Source: Deinococcus radiodurans R1 = ATCC 13939 = DSM 20539 (GTDB taxonomy: Bacteria; Deinococcota; Deinococci; Deinococcales; Deinococcaceae). Taken from it: a stretch of 32,000 nt of DNA. Positions within the stretch are counted from its first letter, which is position 1. Every line of letters begins with the position of its first letter. The position numbers were made by a program, and so were the translations under genes. The DNA lies in assembly GCF_000008565.1 (NCBI RefSeq), contig NC_000958.1, positions 30,001 to 62,000 of the forward strand. The letters are read 5' to 3'. Shown in pieces: positions 17,827 through 28,133 of this stretch. The notes beneath the pieces were generated by a model. The model did no database searches. It saw nothing but the letters and a program-made list of their open reading frames with translations, and had not been told where the DNA came from.

Positions 17827-19563
17827 TCAGTCCTGAGCCGGGCCGCCCACCCACAGCCGCCGGAAACTGATGCGCCCATAGGCGTCGGGCCACACGTCGC
17901 GCAGGAGGGGGTGTACCGTGCGCTGCTTCACCCGGTGGTGGGTCAGGTGGACGTGGTGCCCTTCGAGCAGCAATGCCTCGACCCGGTCAATGACGGCTTC
18001 CCGACCGGCAAAGGTCTGGGCCAGGCGGTACTCCTCCAGTTCAGTGTCTACCTGGGCCAGTACCTCCCGGGGCAGCAGCTTACGAAAAAAGAGTTCGGGC
18101 TGCTTGAGCGCCGTCCAGAAGGAGAGCTGTTCGTCGGGACCGCTCACCTCACCCATCATCATGAGGTCGCTGGGCGTGTCCCGGGTCACCTCGTCGTGCA
18201 GATCGTACAGCTCGACGGTGATCTCCAGGCCGAACCCGGCGGCGCGGCGCGAGAGCCAGCGGGCCTCGGCCACCGCATCTTCGCGGTCAAGCACCCACAG
18301 CCGCAGGGGAGGCTGCGGGCCGGCGGCTGCCAGCAGCGAGCGGGCGCGTTCGTCCGAGTGAACCCGCGCGGGCCGGTCCCGCGAGCGCCGGGGATAAAAC
18401 GACTGCGCGCTCAGCAGCGGCCAGGGCTGGCGTGTCTCCTCCCAGAAGCGGCGAATATCGTGCAGTTCGAACACGGCGGCCCGCAGCGCCGCACTGTGCG
18501 CCGCCGGTTGCCCCGCATTCCAGATCAGGAAATGTACGCCTGTTTCTTCTTGCCACTCGGCGACCTTCTGCGGCGCGGCGCCCTCAAGATGCAGAGTGGG
18601 CGCTTCAGTGAGCGGCTCGACCTGGTAGAGCTCCACCTCATCGATCAGTGGCCGTCCGGCGAAATGCGCGTCGAAGGCGCTCAGGCGTACCCCGCCTTCA
18701 AGCGGCTGCCACTGAAATGCGCCTGTGCCGATCAGTTGCTGAGGGTCGGGCGGCACGTCTCTGGGCACGATCAGCGCCTGGGTCGCAGCGAGACGCCGGG
18801 GCAAAAAGGCGTCGGGGCGCGCGAGCCGCAAGCTGACCCGGTACGGGTGGTCGCTGCGCACCTCCAGCAGCTCCGGTAGCAGCCACGCCGCGCCCCGCTG
18901 CACCCTCTCCAGGCTAGCGCGCACGTCACTGGCGTCCAGCGTGCGGCCATGATGAAACGGCACCCCTTTGCGCAAGTAAAACGTCCACGTCAGGCCGTCG
19001 TCCGAGCACCCCCAGTGGTGGGCCAGGTGCGGCTCCAAAGTTTGCGTCGCTGGGTCGTAGCGGGTGAGGCCATCGAAGACTTGCAGCAGCAGGTGGGCCT
19101 CGACCGTGGCGAAGGCCGTCAGCGGATCGAGGCTGGTGTACTCGCGAAAGACGACGGTCCGGAGCCGGTCCACCCCACCGGCTGAGGCGCTCAGGCCGAA
19201 GATCCGCTGCACGTCGGGCGTCAGGACCCAGCCTTTGGGAAAGGGAAGCCGTGAGAGTCGGGCGAGTTCGCCAGCCGCCTGCCGCCGCGCCAGCTCTCTC
19301 GTGAGGGTCAGCAACTCCGGGCGCAGGTCGCGTGAGAAGGAAAGGCGCGAGGTGCGTCCCCGACCGCGACCAGGCGTATACGTCACTTTGCCTTCCGCCT
19401 GGAGCCGGGCCAGCGTGCGCTTGACAGTCTTGTCACTTTTGCTCCACCAGCCACGCAGGTCATTGAGGGTCAGCGCATAGCTGCTCTGTTCCCCGTCACG
19501 GGCAAGCAGCGCGGCCCGGAGTTCCAGATAGGGCCAGTCGGGGCCGGCAGCAAAAGGGGTCAT
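17827..19563 (-). CDS. SgrR-family regulator (N-terminal winged-helix domain + family-5 solute-binding domain)
   Basis: YLELRAALL..TLNDLRGWWSKSDKTVKRTLARLQAEGKVTYTPGRGRGRTSRLSF matches SgrR_N. The long remainder is SBP_bac_5-like (WTFYLRKGVPFHHGRTLDASDV). ATG 19563 is preferred over the 19725 start in the ORF track. Confidence 0.85.
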   Translation of the reverse strand: MTPFAAGPDWPYLELRAALLARDGEQSSYALTLNDLRGWWSKSDKTVKRTLARLQAEGKVTYTPGRGRGRTSRLSFSRDLRPELLTLTRELARRQAAGELARLSRLPFPKGWVLTPDVQRIFGLSASAGGVDRLRTVVFREYTSLDPLTAFATVEAHLLLQVFDGLTRYDPATQTLEPHLAHHWGCSDDGLTWTFYLRKGVPFHHGRTLDASDVRASLERVQRGAAWLLPELLEVRSDHPYRVSLRLARPDAFLPRRLAATQALIVPRDVPPDPQQLIGTGAFQWQPLEGGVRLSAFDAHFAGRPLIDEVELYQVEPLTEAPTLHLEGAAPQKVAEWQEETGVHFLIWNAGQPAAHSAALRAAVFELHDIRRFWEETRQPWPLLSAQSFYPRRSRDRPARVHSDERARSLLAAAGPQPPLRLWVLDREDAVAEARWLSRRAAGFGLEITVELYDLHDEVTRDTPSDLMMMGEVSGPDEQLSFWTALKQPELFFRKLLPREVLAQVDTELEEYRLAQTFAGREAVIDRVEALLLEGHHVHLTHHRVKQRTVHPLLRDVWPDAYGRISFRRLWVGGPAQD

Positions 19564-19617
19564 CTGCTGACCATTGTGGCTCTTTTTCCCCCTTTTCGTT
19601 TCTTCCACACTGGGGGC

Positions 19618-20874
19618 ATGTGGCGCCAACTGCATCCGAACATCAAAGTCCGCATCATCAACTCGTTTCTGACCCGGATGGTGGGCGGCGCCATTTTTCC
19701 CTTTATGGCGGTGTATTTCGCGCATTACCTCGGGGCAGGCTTAGCCGGTCTGCTGCTGATGGCGCTGGTCGCGGTGCAGTTCGTGGCGGGGCTCTACGGA
19801 GGTGGGCTGGCCGACGCCTGGGGCCGGCGGCGCACCCTGCTGGCGGGCGAAGTGCTGAAACTGCTCGCGTTCGCCGCTTTGCTGTTGGGTAACCTCTGGA
19901 CACCGCTTCCGTGGGTGACCTTCGCCGCGCTGGCGGTCATCAACGTCGCCAACGGCCTGATCAACCCCGCCGCCGAGGCCATGCTGGTGGACGTCAGCAC
20001 GCCGGACACCCGCACCTTCATGTACGTGGTCAACTACTGGGCGGTCAACGCCTCCTTGCTGCTGGGCACGCTGCTCGGCGGGTGGCTGTATCAGGATCAC
20101 TTCGCAGCGCTGCTTGCCGGTTTGCTGGGGATGTCTTTTGTAACCCTGTTTCTCGCCTGGCGCTTCATGTCTGAAACGCTGGGTGGGCTGCGCCGCACGG
20201 CTGCCCAGGTCCGGGAGAGCGTGGGGGTGCGTCCCCTATTGCGCAGCTACGCGCAGGTAATGACGGACCGGCCTTACGTCCTGTTTACCCTCGGGTTTGT
20301 CCTCTTGATGACCATCGAATTCGGGCGGCAGAACTTTATTCCGGTGCATCTGGCCCAGTCTTTTCCGGCGCAGGTGCTGTGGGGCGTGAACCTCACCGGC
20401 ATCAAGGTGATGAGCCTGGTCACGGCGATCAACACCCTGCTGATCGTGGTCCTTACCCTGCCGGTCAGCCACTGGGTAGGCAAAAGGGAACTGCGCCCGG
20501 TGATGGCGCTGGGTTTCCTGCTGTTCGCCGTGGGCTTTGCTGCCCTGTACGGCAGCCTGAACCTGTGGGCTTTGGTGGCGGGCAGCGTGGTGCTGAGCAT
20601 CGGCGAACTGCTTTACGTTCCGGCGCGTCAGACCCTGCTGGCGGACCTGATTCCTGAGGAAAAACGCGGCTCTTACCTGGCGGTGAACGGGCAGGTCTTT
20701 ACCCTCGCCAAGTGGCTGGCGACCCTTGGCGTGCCACTGGGCGCGCAAATCGGCGGGCCTTGGATGGGCGTATTAATCGTGCTGTTCGGCGTTCTGGCAG
20801 TGGTTCTAAGCCTGCGGGGTCTGCGGGCTGCCTCACCGGAGCGGACGCCTGAGCGCTCTGCACCGACTTTCTGA
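19618..20874 (+). CDS. MFS transporter
   Basis: About 12 hydrophobic segments. The loop 2-3 motif is GGLADAWGRRRTLL (MFS signature GxxxDRxGRR-like). ATG 19618 lies 54 nt from the divergent regulator start. Confidence 0.85.
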   Translation: MWRQLHPNIKVRIINSFLTRMVGGAIFPFMAVYFAHYLGAGLAGLLLMALVAVQFVAGLYGGGLADAWGRRRTLLAGEVLKLLAFAALLLGNLWTPLPWVTFAALAVINVANGLINPAAEAMLVDVSTPDTRTFMYVVNYWAVNASLLLGTLLGGWLYQDHFAALLAGLLGMSFVTLFLAWRFMSETLGGLRRTAAQVRESVGVRPLLRSYAQVMTDRPYVLFTLGFVLLMTIEFGRQNFIPVHLAQSFPAQVLWGVNLTGIKVMSLVTAINTLLIVVLTLPVSHWVGKRELRPVMALGFLLFAVGFAALYGSLNLWALVAGSVVLSIGELLYVPARQTLLADLIPEEKRGSYLAVNGQVFTLAKWLATLGVPLGAQIGGPWMGVLIVLFGVLAVVLSLRGLRAASPERTPERSAPTF

Positions 20875-20946
20875 CTCTGAACTGTGAAGGGCTCTCCCCA
20901 TCAGGGAAGAAGGTCATAAAGGCAGTGAGTTGTGACGTCAAAGACA

Positions 20947-21250
20947 CTAAATCGTCGTCGGCTGTTCGGCGTTGCTATAAGAGTAATGGGCGTAGCCCTC
21001 ACGGCTGCGGGGGACTTTGTTGAGCACCACGCCCAACAGTTTGGACTGGGGGTTTGAGAAGCTCTGCATTGCCTGATCCAGTTCAGCCAGCGATATTGTG
21101 TCGTTCTCGACCACCAGAATAATCCCCTTACTCTTACGTGAGACCAGAAAAGCGTCAGGCAACGAGAGGCAGGCGGCGTGTCGAGCAGTACCACGTCGTA
21201 CTGAGCCCATCGGGTAGCCGTTCTCTGAACGCCGTGGAGTCTATCCCCTG
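20947..21250 (-). pseudogene. Relic of a BY-kinase (CpsD/Wzc-type exopolysaccharide tyrosine kinase): C-terminal third only, and frameshifted
   Basis: One frame reads ..RWAQYDVVLLDTPPA (Walker B-like). A second frame continues LSLPDAFLVSRKSKGIILVVENDTISLAELDQAMQSFSNPQSKLLGVVLNKVP...YAHYSYSN (Tyr-containing tail). No Walker A or Wzz domain lies upstream, because the next gene starts at 21333. Confidence 0.55.
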
Positions 21251-21332
21251 CGCCGCAAGGCTGTGGACGGACTCAAAGACTTTTGTCGCTGTCACAAAGA
21301 TGTGATGAAAGTCTCTTTATTGTTCAGTCGCT

Positions 21333-22883
21333 ATGACCACAGCGGCGCCACAGCCTCAGGACAACTATGCCAGGTTGCTGGCGCTGGCACGGTACGAGAT
21401 CCTGGACACGCTGCCGGAGGACAGCTTCGACCGCCTCGTTCAGCTCACCAGGCACATTTTGCGGACGCCAGCGGCGTACATCAATTTCGTGGATCAGTCC
21501 CGCCAGTGGACCAAGGCTTGTGTGGGCGCCGAGCGCGACAGCAAGCCTCTGTCCGAATCCATGTGTGCCTGGACCATCTTGCAAGACGCCCCACTCGTAG
21601 TCGAGAACGCCCGACTCGATCGTCGCTTTAGCCACATGCAGCTCGTGACCGGTGAAGCGTCTTTGCAGATGTATGCCGGGGTGCCCTTGACTACCCCCTC
21701 AGGCCACCGCATCGGCACGCTGTGTGTCACCGATAATCAGTGCCACCCGCTGGGCGACGAAGACATCCAGGCCCTGCAGGACCTTGCCGCGCTGGTGATG
21801 ACCGAGCTGGAGCTGCGCGCGGCCAATCAGGAATTGCAGCGCGACTTGCAGGCCGCGAGCTGTCAGAGCGAGGAACTGCGCCGCACCCTGGCGCAGGCCA
21901 AGACCCTTGAAGGCGTCTCGGCACTGACCGATCTCCAGCTGCCCCCCGAGGAAATGATGCTGGCCGCAGCGGCCTTGCTGAGTGACGCCGTGGCCAGCGA
22001 CCTGACCAGCCTGCTGTTATTTGACGGCCCCGTTCTGCGCGCACAGGCTGCCCACACTCACTCCCGGCTCTCGCCGGCCCAACGGCGATACCTGGAGCTT
22101 GCGGTGGCCGCGCTGCCGAACTTGGCCGCTGGCTTTACCTGGTCGGTGCGTGACGCGGCGGTGCCGGTGTACGTCAACGATTACGCGGCGCACCCCCACG
22201 CCCAGGCCGAGATGGTGGCGGGCGGCGTGACCCAGGTCGCCTGGGTCCCGTTGGGGACGCGCAGCGGCGTGACGTCCGGCCTGATGTCTGTCCGGCTCGG
22301 GGACCACCCGGTGGCGCGGTGGCGCAGCGGCGATTGCGCCCTGCTGGAAGCGGCGGGGCGGACCATTCGCAGCGCGCTGGACCGCTGGCTGCTGACCGAG
22401 TTGGCCTCGCAGCAGGCCCGGCAAGACGTCCTGACCGGCGCCCTGAATCGCCGCGCCTTTGAAGAAGATTTCCCGGTGCGGCCAGCCCCGTTCAGTCTGG
22501 CACTCTTGGACCTGGACGGCTTTAAGGCCATCAATGACCGCGAGGGCCACAGCCAGGGCGACAAGGTGCTGCGCGTCTTTGCCGAGACGCTGAACGTGGA
22601 ATTGCCGGGCGGCGCCTCGCTCTACCGGGTCGGGGGAGACGAGTTCGTGGTGCTGCTCAACAGTGACGACGTTCCCCTGTTCGATGAGCAGCTGGACATT
22701 GCCCTGCTCGCCGCCCGGCAGGTGGTGGCCGGCTCGGTCGGAGTGAGTCTGGGGATGGCTCACAGCCACGAAGCGGCTGGCCCCGCCCTGGTCCAACTTG
22801 CCGACGCGCGCATGTACGCCCTCAAGGAACGCCGCCGGGCGCAGCGAGACACCCAGCATCAGGATGCAACAAAAACCCTGTGA
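21333..22883 (+). CDS. GAF-GAF-GGDEF diguanylate cyclase
   Basis: The N-terminus YEILDTLPEDSFDRLVQLTRHILRTPAAYINFVDQSRQW is GAF-like. The C-terminus has DVLTGALNRRAFEE, DLDGFKAINDREGHSQGD and RVGGDEFVVLL. Confidence 0.9.
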   Translation: MTTAAPQPQDNYARLLALARYEILDTLPEDSFDRLVQLTRHILRTPAAYINFVDQSRQWTKACVGAERDSKPLSESMCAWTILQDAPLVVENARLDRRFSHMQLVTGEASLQMYAGVPLTTPSGHRIGTLCVTDNQCHPLGDEDIQALQDLAALVMTELELRAANQELQRDLQAASCQSEELRRTLAQAKTLEGVSALTDLQLPPEEMMLAAAALLSDAVASDLTSLLLFDGPVLRAQAAHTHSRLSPAQRRYLELAVAALPNLAAGFTWSVRDAAVPVYVNDYAAHPHAQAEMVAGGVTQVAWVPLGTRSGVTSGLMSVRLGDHPVARWRSGDCALLEAAGRTIRSALDRWLLTELASQQARQDVLTGALNRRAFEEDFPVRPAPFSLALLDLDGFKAINDREGHSQGDKVLRVFAETLNVELPGGASLYRVGGDEFVVLLNSDDVPLFDEQLDIALLAARQVVAGSVGVSLGMAHSHEAAGPALVQLADARMYALKERRRAQRDTQHQDATKTL

Positions 22884-23286
22884 GCTAAATCCCGAAGTGG
22901 TCGGTCTGGATCACACCCTGCTTACCGCGCTAAGAGACATGTCTGCTGCGAATCTGTCAGGTCAGAGCCGCCTTTCAGGCGAACGCCACTTCAAGGCATC
23001 AATTCCCAGCTTTTTGACAGCGCATTCAGCGCCGGATCTGGTCGCTCTCAATCAGGTTACAGATACGAAAGCACCAACGTTATCGCTTCGCCTGACGCCT
23101 CGTGGCTCAACGGTGTGGAACTGCGAGTGGACGGGGGCTCTTTACGCCGTTCGCCCTACTGTGCAGTTCTCCCTGGCACGCGCTCGGGTGAAGCACCCGT
23201 GGCCCAGCTCCTGAACTTCGGGCCGCATGCACCGCCTCAAGCTTGCCTGACCTCAAGCTGACTGCACTTGGTTCAACTGACGGAGT

Positions 23287-25053
<1,767 letters not shown>

Positions 25054-25071
25054 CGGGAACAAACAAGCGGC

Positions 25072-25104
25072 GGGGCAGGCTGGGGCAAGATTCCAGCCTG
25101 CCCC
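25072..25104 (+). terminator. Perfect 12-bp-stem hairpin 19 nt after the phosphatase stop
   Basis: GGGGCAGGCTGG (25072-25083) and CCAGCCTGCCCC (25093-25104) with a 9-nt loop. Only a weak T-tract (TCTCCT) follows. Confidence 0.55.
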
Positions 25105-25161
25105 TCTCCTACGCTGCGTCCGATTCCCTAAAACCCGGAAAGGCGCCGGATTGGAGTCTAT

Positions 25162-25392
25162 CTCTGCTTCGCAGCTTTGCAAGTCCCGCAGCACGTCTCT
25201 TTTGCCTCTCGCTCCGCTCTGCTTCGCAGCTTTACAAGTCGGGTTTCATCGCCCAGTGTGAGCGACTTGGCCGCAACTAGAGCAGTTCTGCGAATTACGC
25301 GTGCGTCGGAAGAGCACCGCCACCCGCTCCATTCTCTGCTTCGCAGCTTTGCAAGTCCGTCCTGCTCAGTGTTTTGCACTCGCTCTGCTCGC
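25162..25392. repeat. Array of 25-nt direct repeats CTCTGCTTCGCAGCTTTGCAAGTCC in a non-coding spacer
   Basis: Copies at 25162-25186 and 25334-25358 are identical. The copy at 25217-25241 matches at 23 of 25 positions. A degenerate partial copy lies at 25383-25392. Each unit contains two tandem 8-mers, GCTT(C/T)GCA. The sequence flanking copies 1 and 3 also matches (TTTTGC[C/A]..CTCG). Confidence 0.7.
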
Positions 25393-25472
25393 CAAAAAGC
25401 TGTGCCATCTTTTTGTCAAATGCTCTGGTATCAGCTGACATTGCCCGTGCATCCCCACTTTAGGGTGGGGGC

Positions 25473-25931
25473 ATGAATCGCCGGACCGTTCTCAAACTGC
25501 TGGGCGCCGCGCCGGGAGCGCTGTGGCTGGCCCCCTTTGGCCGCGCGGGCGCTCAGTCCGCCGCGGCCAGTCTCAACTTCAATGAGCTGTACGGCAAAGT
25601 CACGGTGCGCGGCGCCGAGTACAGCAGCAAAATCAAGGCACTCAACGGACGCAAAGTGACCATGTCGGGCTACATGGCGCCGCCCCTCAAGCCCAAGCTG
25701 GACTTTTTCGTGCTGACCCGGCAGCCGATGAGCACCTGCCCCTTTTGCACCACGGCGGCGGACTGGCCGGCGGACATCGTGCTCGTCATCATGCCGCCAG
25801 GGCAGGAACTCGAGCCGTCGGTGCGCGGCCTGAACGTGACGGGCCGGCTCGAGATCGGCGTCAAGCGCGACGACGAGACGGGCTTTGTCAGTCTGGTGCG
25901 GCTCTACGCCGAGCGGGTCCGGGACGCTTGA
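25473..25931 (+). CDS. DUF3299-like periplasmic protein with a Tat-type signal peptide
   Basis: MNRRTVLKLLGAAPGALWLAP has a twin-arginine motif. The body GRKVTMSGYMAPP..DFFVLTRQPMSTCPFCTTAADWPADIVLV is as I recall for DUF3299 and includes a CPFC motif. Confidence 0.75.
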   Translation: MNRRTVLKLLGAAPGALWLAPFGRAGAQSAAASLNFNELYGKVTVRGAEYSSKIKALNGRKVTMSGYMAPPLKPKLDFFVLTRQPMSTCPFCTTAADWPADIVLVIMPPGQELEPSVRGLNVTGRLEIGVKRDDETGFVSLVRLYAERVRDA

Positions 25932-26575
25932 GCCGGCAGCTTTCAGGCCGAAACCTGTCCATTCAGCACGGCGCTGAGGTGAGGCTCACGTATCCCGATT
26001 TCAGCTGGCCCGCTGGAACGCATCTGGCGCTCACGGGGCCGAGCGGGACCGGAAAAACCTCGCTTCTGAATGCGGTGGCCGGGCTGCTGCGGCCCTCGAC
26101 CGGGCAGCTCTGCTACGGCGAGCACGACCTGACGGCGCTCTCCGAGGCGGGCCGCGACGCTTTTCGCCGCCGTGAGGTGGGGTACGTCTTTCAGGACTTT
26201 CACCTGATGCCGGGCCTGAGCGCTCAGGAAAACGTGGAACTGGGCCTGCGGGTCGCTGGTGTGCGGAATGCGGGGGCCCTGGCCCAGACAGCGTTGCGCC
26301 GCCTCGACCTGGCGGGGCGCTTGCAGAGCAAGCCGTGGCAACTGTCGACCGGGGAACGGCAGCGGGTCGCTATCGCGCGGGCCGTGGCGCACCGTCCGGG
26401 CCTGCTGCTGGTCGATGAACCCACCGCGCATCTCGACCGCGAACGGGCCGCCGGAGCGATGTCGCTGCTGCGTGAGGTGGCGACGGAGTTGGGCGCGACC
26501 CTGGTGGTGGTCACCCATGACGAGGCGGTGGCGCTGAGTCTGCCGGAGCACTTCCGCATCCGGGGAGCGTCATGA
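25928..26575 (+). CDS. ABC transporter ATP-binding protein (MacB/LolD-like)
   Basis: Walker A GPSGTGKTS, signature LSTGERQRVAIARA, Walker B LLLVDEPT. The proposed TTG start at 25928 overlaps the upstream TGA. The 25745 start in the ORF track lies inside the previous gene. Confidence 0.8.
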   Translation: MSRQLSGRNLSIQHGAEVRLTYPDFSWPAGTHLALTGPSGTGKTSLLNAVAGLLRPSTGQLCYGEHDLTALSEAGRDAFRRREVGYVFQDFHLMPGLSAQENVELGLRVAGVRNAGALAQTALRRLDLAGRLQSKPWQLSTGERQRVAIARAVAHRPGLLLVDEPTAHLDRERAAGAMSLLREVATELGATLVVVTHDEAVALSLPEHFRIRGAS

Positions 26576-27780
26576 GGCTGGCGTGGTGGACGGCCCTGAA
26601 AACCCTGCGTCACCGCCTGGGAGCGCTCATCATCACGGTGCTGGCGGTCGCCCTGGCAACGGCCACCGCACTCGTGGTCCCGCTGGTCTCGCGGCAAGTG
26701 GAGCGTGGGGCGCAGGACGCGGCGCAGGTGTTCGACCTGCTGGTCACGGCCAAGGGCAGCGGCACCCAGGCGGTGATGTCCAGCCTCTTTTATCTGGACG
26801 TCCCCATCGGAAACGTGCCGCACAGCGTCTACCAGAAACTGCTGAGCGCTCCCGGCACGCGCCGCGCCGTGCCCATCGCGCTCGGGGACAACTACGCCGG
26901 ATTTCCGGTGGTGGGTACCTCTGCTCAGTTCTTCGATCAGCGCCTTAAACCTGCGGCGCCGCCTTATTTCCGGGTGGCCCAGGGGAACATCTTTGCCCGG
27001 GTGCATGACGCTGTGGTGGGCGCCGCAGCAGCGCGGCAGTCCGGACTCAAGGTGGGCTCGACTTTCAGGAGCGCGCACGGACTGGGCGGCGCGGACACGG
27101 AAGGCGGCGCAGCGCCTAGTACCCACGACGAGCCGTATACCGTGACCGGCATTCTCGCGCCGACGGGCGGCCCCGTAGACCGCGCCGTGCTGACGCCCAT
27201 CGAAACCTTGTGGGAGGCTCACGGTGAGGCCGCCGCGTCAAAACGGGACGTGACCGCCGTGCTGTACTCCGCCGAAAACCTGGCCGGCATCTATACCACT
27301 GCTGGCCAGATCAACGCCGGGAAAGACGCCATGGCCGTATTTCCGGGGCAGGTGTTCGCGCAGGCCCGGCAGACGCTGATGCAGGGCCAAGCGGCCTACG
27401 CCGGGCTCTCGGTGCTGGTCCTGGCCATCGCCGCTCTGACCGTGACCCTGAGCGTGTACACCTCCGGTCTGGAGCGCAGGCGCACGGTGGCCCTGTTGCG
27501 GGCGTTGGGGGCGGGCCGAGGCACGGTCTTTGCCCTGGTGCTGCTCGAAACGGGCCTGACCGTGACCCTAGGTGCGCTGCTGGGCATCGGGCTCTCGCTG
27601 CTGGTCAGCCGTGTGGGGGGCAACGTTCTGGGTCAACGTCTGGGGTTCACGCTGGCGGCGCCGGAGCTCACCTGGCCCCTGGCGTCGCGGGCGCTGGGGC
27701 TGATTCCGCTCGGCATATTGGCGGCTTTGCCTCCAGCCTTGCAAGCCCTGCGGGTGAGCCCGCTGCGGCACCTGCACTGA
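26572..27780 (+). CDS. FtsX/MacB-type ABC transporter permease
   Basis: ATGA overlap with the ATPase gene. Layout: an N-terminal TM helix, a large periplasmic domain, then three C-terminal TM helices (FtsX-like, ..RRRTVALLRALGAGRGTVFALVLLE..). Confidence 0.85.
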   Translation: MRLAWWTALKTLRHRLGALIITVLAVALATATALVVPLVSRQVERGAQDAAQVFDLLVTAKGSGTQAVMSSLFYLDVPIGNVPHSVYQKLLSAPGTRRAVPIALGDNYAGFPVVGTSAQFFDQRLKPAAPPYFRVAQGNIFARVHDAVVGAAAARQSGLKVGSTFRSAHGLGGADTEGGAAPSTHDEPYTVTGILAPTGGPVDRAVLTPIETLWEAHGEAAASKRDVTAVLYSAENLAGIYTTAGQINAGKDAMAVFPGQVFAQARQTLMQGQAAYAGLSVLVLAIAALTVTLSVYTSGLERRRTVALLRALGAGRGTVFALVLLETGLTVTLGALLGIGLSLLVSRVGGNVLGQRLGFTLAAPELTWPLASRALGLIPLGILAALPPALQALRVSPLRHLH

Positions 27781-28133
27781 GCGGGGCGTTCAGGTGGTGG
27801 CAGTTTCTGGCAGTGATGACCGCTGAGAGGGCATCCATGAGCCGCTGGAGCGTGCGGCTTCACCTCAGTTTGTGAATAGAGGCCGGCATGTCGACTTCAT
27901 CCGGGGTTCTGGCACAAATGAGAACGTTGCCCACCAGTTGCGCCGAGTGACACTGGACAGAGTTTGTCGGTGCTGCACGGCATTTTTCAGTGGTGCCCGA
28001 AACTCGCCAAAGTCCAGTTAGACTGGGGCTAAGACGACACATGAGCGCCACCCTTTTGGCCTGTGTTCTCTTTTGCCCGCACCCAACTCAGCTGGGGCGT
28101 CGTTTGTTTTTACCTTCTTGCCGGAGGTGTCAA

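Noticed and set aside
10042-17879. Very long antisense ORFs (10042-11688, 12077-13081, 13409-15004, 14919-16247, 16305-17879), and also 23299-25194
   Set aside because: These are typical shadow ORFs of high-G+C coding DNA. Their translations are monotonous Arg/Gly/Ala/Pro/His strings without motifs, while the opposite strand carries recognisable domains, signal peptides and SD sequences.
22798-23214. 138-aa ORF in the spacer upstream of the phosphatase gene
   Set aside because: It begins inside the GGDEF gene, has no SD sequence and no motifs, and has atypical composition. It is probably non-coding promoter or leader DNA.
25162-25392. The 25-nt repeats as a CRISPR array
   Set aside because: There are only three or four copies, the spacers are very unequal (30 and 92 nt), the repeat has no palindromic core, and no cas genes are nearby.
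25158-25476. ORFs 25177-25476 (+) and 25158-25379 (-) covering the repeats
   Set aside because: Copy 1 falls in a different reading frame from copies 2 and 3, there is no SD sequence, and the translation is low-complexity. I treat the region as non-coding.
27860-28051. 63-aa minus-strand ORF in the 27781-28133 spacer
   Set aside because: No ribosome-binding site and no recognisable similarity. It overlaps the likely promoter region of the 28134 gene.
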